Assembly: GCA_041675085.1 (NCBI GenBank)
Contig: JBAYUN010000002.1
Location: 15,967 to 79,966, forward strand
Direction: 5' to 3'
DNA: 64,000 nucleotides
Source: Minisyncoccota bacterium
GTDB taxonomy: Bacteria > Patescibacteriota > Minisyncoccia > Phycocordibacterales > UBA9973
Position 1 is the stretch's first letter; each line of letters starts with the position of its first letter. The notes below the pieces were generated by a model. That model saw only the letters and a list, made by a program, of their open reading frames with translations, was not told where the DNA came from and made no database searches. Below are positions 59,726 to 64,000 of the stretch, one piece after another. The position numbers were made by a program, and so were the translations under genes.

Positions 59726-59978
59726 TGCTTATTCGTCAAGATTATAAAAAATCTGGCTCTGTTTTTATTAAGACATTTAAATTTTTATTTATTTGCCTTA
59801 ATTCCCTTTTAGTTTTTCTGTTAATAAAAATAGAAGGAAACATACTTTGTAATACTCTAAAAACTTGTAAACAACGAACTATAAATTTTTTTATTTTAAA
59901 CATGATATAACAATTTAAATTAAAAAATGGAAATCTCAATTAGTATAATAACATAGTTTTTTTAAAAAGCAAATAAAA

Positions 59979-60149
59979 AATACCTGAGGCGCGCATTGCG
60001 ATCCAGGTATTCATTTTGAGGCCAGCACTCTCGGTAGTGCGGACCTCACAATTTCTCAAAAAGGTTCACCGATTTTTTTGGGGCGTCTTGGTGCAAAATG
60101 ACACCCCTTTCCATACGGGTGGTATAGGTATATTTTATTCTTTTTTTTT
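59979..60149. ncRNA. GC-rich structured intergenic element, candidate small RNA of unassigned family (strand ambiguous)
   Basis: About 170 nt of GC-rich sequence in a 550-nt convergent intergenic gap. Hairpins: aatacctg…caggtatt, gaggccagcac…gtgcggacctca and ggggcgtc…gacacccc. A T9 run lies at its + strand 3' end, and the first hairpin plus T-run terminates minus-strand transcription. Confidence 0.35.
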
Positions 60150-60227
60150 GCTAAGCCAAAAAAAAGAAAGAACTATTCAAACTTCTAAATACATATTATC
60201 ACACTTTAAAATAAAAGTCAAGTATTT

Positions 60228-61709
60228 TTATTCAGAAAACCTACTAAAGAATTTCGAGATACTTTCACCAAAAATAAGCCTTATAAAATATAGGTAAATT
60301 AGGATTGTGAGAATCAGAGGAAAATTTTGAATATTAAAAGAAGCAAAAGGAAACAAAGCAAATAGCTTGATAATATATAGCTCGTAATGAAGTAAATAAT
60401 AAGCCACATAACCAAAAGGTAAAGCCAATACAGGCAAGATAAAGCTCAAAAACCCGGTCAAAAACCCAAATAGCATAGTAATAGGTATCAAAGGCAAGAC
60501 TAGGATATTCGTAGGTAGAGCCACGATTGAAAGATTACCCATCTTATACAAAATAAAAGGTAAAACAAATAAATACGCAGCCGTCGTCACAGTCACAATA
60601 TCTCGCAATCCAAAACGCTCGGTGACCCAAGTGAAATATTTCTCTATTCTCGGCGTAAAGAATATCACTGCCACAGTTGCAATAAAAGACAACTGAAAAG
60701 AAACATCAAAATAAAGTACATAAGGATTAAGCAGTATCATAAATACTCCAGCCAAGATAAGTCCCCGCAAGACATCATAATTCCTCCCTGTCGCCCGAGC
60801 AATGAGGACCAAGATAGCCATGATCCCTGCCCGAATAGAAGTCGAAGCTCCGCCAGTCATGAGCACAAAAAGTATGATAGATATTATTCCTCCGTAGATA
60901 GCTAAAGTCTGAGGCAAGAAATACAAAACTTTCATGAACCATTCGGCGATGATAGTAACGTTGTAGCCCGAGAGAGCTACGATATGAATAGTTCCAGTCT
61001 TAATAAAATCCTCTCTCAGGGAATCTGGAAAACTCGACCTCTCCCCTAGTATTAGTCCGTTCATCAAAGTCGACTCAAAGGGTGGAATATTTAAATTAAT
61101 TTTCTCCACAAAAGAATTCTTAATTTTAAATAAAAAACTTTTTAAGGAGTTCGCATTATCTTCTGAGATTCTTGTCACAGAAGCGTCTTTAACTAAATAC
61201 AAAATACCGTCTTTTTTCAGGTAATTAATATAATCAAATTCTTTACCATTATCTGTAATAAAATTCTCAGGCTTTTCAAGCTTGCCTCTAAACCAAACTT
61301 CGTCTCCGTACTTAAAATCCTGACCCAAATCTGTAGAAACTAAAACTTTAGTCTCTTCTTCTTGCTCTACTACTTTTACGACAAGCCTTAGTCCCGCTTC
61401 ACGCTCTTCTATATCGTCTATGATTATACCCTGCAAAGATACAGCACTCTCGACTTGTCGTTCCAAGAATACAGGCACGGGTTTATCATTAAAATAATTA
61501 AAGTAAAATATTCCAAAGCTTAAGAATAAAATAAAAAATGAGGCAATCATGCCCCATTTGTTACGACTCACAATATAGAAAAATATAACAGATACGATAG
61601 AAAGAAAAGCTACTAGTAGATTCCAATAAAAATCTATAGACAAGCTAGAACCTAAAAAGACTCCGAATATAAAACCAAAACTTATAGAATAAAATATTCT
61701 ATCTTGCAT
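60228..61709 (-). CDS. comEC: ComEC/Rec2 DNA-uptake channel protein (DUF4131 + competence domain, no lactamase domain)
   Basis: 493 aa: N-terminal transmembrane helices, an OB-like periplasmic insert, then a polytopic competence domain (…HIVALSGYNVTII…). Confidence 0.7.
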   Translation of the reverse strand: MQDRIFYSISFGFIFGVFLGSSLSIDFYWNLLVAFLSIVSVIFFYIVSRNKWGMIASFFILFLSFGIFYFNYFNDKPVPVFLERQVESAVSLQGIIIDDIEEREAGLRLVVKVVEQEEETKVLVSTDLGQDFKYGDEVWFRGKLEKPENFITDNGKEFDYINYLKKDGILYLVKDASVTRISEDNANSLKSFLFKIKNSFVEKINLNIPPFESTLMNGLILGERSSFPDSLREDFIKTGTIHIVALSGYNVTIIAEWFMKVLYFLPQTLAIYGGIISIILFVLMTGGASTSIRAGIMAILVLIARATGRNYDVLRGLILAGVFMILLNPYVLYFDVSFQLSFIATVAVIFFTPRIEKYFTWVTERFGLRDIVTVTTAAYLFVLPFILYKMGNLSIVALPTNILVLPLIPITMLFGFLTGFLSFILPVLALPFGYVAYYLLHYELYIIKLFALFPFASFNIQNFPLILTILIYLYFIRLIFGESISKFFSRFSE

Positions 61710-61715
61710 AATTGT

Positions 61716-62198
61716 TTAAATATCTTTTTTTAATTCGATTTTTATTTTATCTGCAAAACTCGTCGCTATCTCGTCCACCCTATCATTTTCTTTATGACCA
61801 CTATGCCCTGCTACATAATGCCAGACTGGTTTGAAATGTTGATTCAATTCATGAAGCTCCATCCATAGCTCTCGATTTAAAACAGGCTTTTTATTTGCAG
61901 TCTTCCAACCATTTTTAACCCAATTTAAAATCCAAGAATTCACTCCATTAATCACATATTTAGAATCTGAATGAATCTTTATCTCACCTGTGATATTATT
62001 TTCTTTCAAAAATTTTAAAGCATGTATAGGAGCCGAGAGTTCCATTTGATTATTTGTACCTTGATCTCCTCCGTATCCTCCAAGCTCTTTAACGCGAAAC
62101 GTAGAATTTGTATCATGAATCGTAATCATAGCTCCAAAGCCCGAAGGCCCTGGATTCCCTCTCGCCGCGCCGTCTGTATAAATTGTAATTTTTTGCAT
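61716..62198 (-). CDS. rnhA: ribonuclease HI
   Basis: IYTDGAARGNPGPSGFGA, E (MELSA), D (HSDSKY) and H…D (AGHSGHKENDRVDEIA). Confidence 0.85.
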   Translation of the reverse strand: MQKITIYTDGAARGNPGPSGFGAMITIHDTNSTFRVKELGGYGGDQGTNNQMELSAPIHALKFLKENNITGEIKIHSDSKYVINGVNSWILNWVKNGWKTANKKPVLNRELWMELHELNQHFKPVWHYVAGHSGHKENDRVDEIATSFADKIKIELKKDI

Positions 62199-62292
62199 AG
62201 ATGTATTATAGCAAAATTTTAAATATAAAATAAAAAACTTTAGACTTAACTTAAAAGTCTAAAGTTTTTGCAAAATATAATAATTTTAATTA

Positions 62293-62619
62293 TTACCCTA
62301 TTTCAAATGTATTTTTGTTGATATTACCAATAAATTTATATGCTGGTAATTCATAAGTTTTTCTAATTACTGGTATAGTATTCTTTTTATTAATAAAATT
62401 AATTTGCTTACAAAGATTACGGAGTCTCTCAGATTTAATCAAATCTCCTTCAACCAAAAGACATCCTGCATGGTAAACATCATCAGTTTCGATGTCTGTA
62501 AATATACTTAGATTGCATAAATCTAATGATTTATCTGAATTTAAAATCTCAGATAAATACGCATTACAACTACTATCCATAAATATTATTTTAAATAAAA
62601 AACAAAAATTCAAACTCAT
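62293..62619 (-). CDS. hypothetical protein
   Basis: 108-aa ORF. The likely start is the internal MDSSCNAYL. No motif recognised. Confidence 0.3.
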   Translation of the reverse strand: MSLNFCFLFKIIFMDSSCNAYLSEILNSDKSLDLCNLSIFTDIETDDVYHAGCLLVEGDLIKSERLRNLCKQINFINKKNTIPVIRKTYELPAYKFIGNINKNTFEIG

Positions 62620-62632
62620 CTTAGCATAACTA

Positions 62633-64000
62633 TTAATAAATATCTACTATTCTTAATCGCAGTTCAGGTCTTCCACGGAAACGGGACAGATCAAAGGTGG
62701 CTGTTAGATTTACAGATAAACCTTCTTCTATCTTTGTATTAAAAGAGTCTACGGTAGAGAAGAAAGATATCGCTACTATTCCCTTTTTAGTACTATCTGA
62801 GAATGTTATCTCTAAATGCTCGCCTGAATTATTCTTGCCGAATTTTTTAATTTTATCTATTTTGACCGATTCGAAAAGAAAAACAGGTTTTGGATTAGCT
62901 AGCCCAAAAGGTTCCATGCGTTCTAAGTCATTGTTGTTTTTAATATTCACGTCCGAGAAACGTAATTTTAAATCATAAGTAGCTTCTACGATATCTCTTT
63001 CTTTTTGGACTTCTTTAAAAGATATAGATAAAGCTTCTTCTAAGAAATGCACTTTGCCATGATGCACAGCGAAACCTCCCGCGAGCTCATGACCGCCAAA
63101 TTCCACAAAGTATTCTTTTGCATGAGTCATCAACTCTACAACAGATACCGATCCCGGAGAACGACAAGAGCCTTTGATGACGTCATTCTCGTCTTTGCCC
63201 CAAACAAAAACAGGTTTGTCATATTCATCCATTATCTTACCCGCTACGATACCCAGCACTCCAACTCGCCAACTCGGACTACCCATAACGATAACAGGAA
63301 AATCTTTCAACTCTTCCCTTTTATCAAAATGAGCCTTCACTTCTTTCATGATATGGAGAACTATACTTTTTCTTTCATCATTGATACTAGATAGATGCTT
63401 GGCCAAGACTCCTCCTTCTGTCACATCATTAGTAGCCAACAGCTCAAAAGCCCGCATTGGACTATCCATACGTGAAGCGGCGTTGATACGAGGAGTTATC
63501 ATAAAGGTGACGTCGTCCGTTGCGAGATATGACTGATTTATTTTCATGAGACTCAATAATTTCTGCAATCCAGGTCTAGGACTTTTACGCAATACTTTCA
63601 TACCATAATACGCTATCGCTCTATTCTCACCGAGTAACGGGACCATATCCGAGAGAGTCGCAAGTCCAGCCATATCAAGTAGCCATTTCTCCCAACCAGC
63701 ACTCACGCTGAATTCTTCTCCGTACTTTTTTAAAAATCCACAAACGAGTTTAAAGACTACACCCGACCCACAAAGCATCTTCTCGGGATAGTCGTCTACC
63801 TTGGGATTAAGTATCGCATAGGCGTCCGGCAAGAGTGCATGAGGTATGTGATGATCAGTGATAATAACAGCAATACCATAAGAATTCGCCAAGGCGACTT
63901 CTTCAACAGCGGTAATACCGAGATCGATAGTAATTAAAAGATCAACGCCACCCTCTTTAAAACTCTCTACAGCTTCGATATTTAATCCGTATCCTTCACT
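62633..64000 (-). CDS. recJ: single-stranded-DNA-specific exonuclease RecJ (N-terminus lies beyond the window end)
   Basis: DHH motif VIITDHH and DHHA1 GGHELAGG. The ORF stays open upstream of the annotated TTG through 64000 (…EGYGLNIEAVESFKEGGVDLLITIDLGITAVEEVALANSYG…). Confidence 0.8.
   Translation of the reverse strand, partial: SEGYGLNIEAVESFKEGGVDLLITIDLGITAVEEVALANSYGIAVIITDHHIPHALLPDAYAILNPKVDDYPEKMLCGSGVVFKLVCGFLKKYGEEFSVSAGWEKWLLDMAGLATLSDMVPLLGENRAIAYYGMKVLRKSPRPGLQKLLSLMKINQSYLATDDVTFMITPRINAASRMDSPMRAFELLATNDVTEGGVLAKHLSSINDERKSIVLHIMKEVKAHFDKREELKDFPVIVMGSPSWRVGVLGIVAGKIMDEYDKPVFVWGKDENDVIKGSCRSPGSVSVVELMTHAKEYFVEFGGHELAGGFAVHHGKVHFLEEALSISFKEVQKERDIVEATYDLKLRFSDVNIKNNNDLERMEPFGLANPKPVFLFESVKIDKIKKFGKNNSGEHLEITFSDSTKKGIVAISFFSTVDSFNTKIEEGLSVNLTATFDLSRFRGRPELRLRIVDIY

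Noticed and set aside
59725-59939. Overlapping 61-aa (+) and 65-aa (-) ORFs after sodA
   Set aside because: AT-rich intergenic sequence with promoter-like tracts. There is mutual overlap on opposite strands and no conserved features.
60016-60297. 93-aa + strand ORF
   Set aside because: It spans the structured GC-rich element and its T-run terminator and overlaps the comEC 3' end. The composition is irregular. Rejected as coding.

Overview
The window is a low-GC, gene-dense bacterial chromosome segment, almost entirely coding and mostly on the minus strand. Long ORFs are intact under the standard code. The compact gene set, short aminoacyl-tRNA synthetases (aaRS), a type IV pilus (T4P) plus competence toolkit and many small membrane proteins are consistent with a Patescibacteria/CPR-like organism; this is inference, not computed.

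Content, left to right:
- gyrB (5' part), trhO-pheS-pheT.
- A REP-flanked COG1943 (RayT-like) tyrosine transposase next to a UvrD-family helicase fused to a Cas4/AddB-like Fe-S nuclease.
- truB, tRNA-Ser(GGA), ligA.
- A complete T4P locus at 12.6-24.6 kb: three to four prepilin-like minor pilins, pilD, two major pilins, pilC, pilT, a CheY-like receiver, pilB, pilP-like, pilO, pilN, pilM, head-to-head with comFC.
- Malic enzyme, then a small block (His-rich hypothetical, M15 peptidase, TspO, GlsB) ending at a divergent tRNA-Ser pair.
- A split signalling cluster: Cache/PAS sensor, PAS protein, ECF sigma, peptidoglycan-binding secreted protein, sensor-less histidine kinase, receiver.
- recG, tatD, two membrane proteins with a duplicated terminator module, and a DUF559 gene bounded by GC-rich inverted repeats.
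- metG, AI-2E transporter, M16 peptidase, glyQS, a large surface protein, recO-like, HD hydrolase.
- ileS carrying an inserted histidine-phosphatase domain and preceded by a T-box leader.
- argS, dut, NUDIX, aldose epimerase, tmk, CYTH, glyA, a split ComEC (MBL domain gene and channel gene separated by sodA), rnhA and recJ (N-terminus beyond the window end).

Most notable observations:
1. A family of short GC-rich palindromic elements with terminal inverted repeats inserted in-frame inside essential genes (ligA, pheT, ileS, argS, possibly recG), analogous to Rickettsia palindromic elements.
2. A ~210-aa histidine phosphatase (PGAM-like) domain inserted inside IleS.
3. A Ser-type tRNA whose apparent anticodon is ACU.
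4. A T-box leader upstream of ileS.
5. Two GC-rich structured intergenic islands that may be small RNAs.

No CRISPR arrays or rRNA genes were seen.
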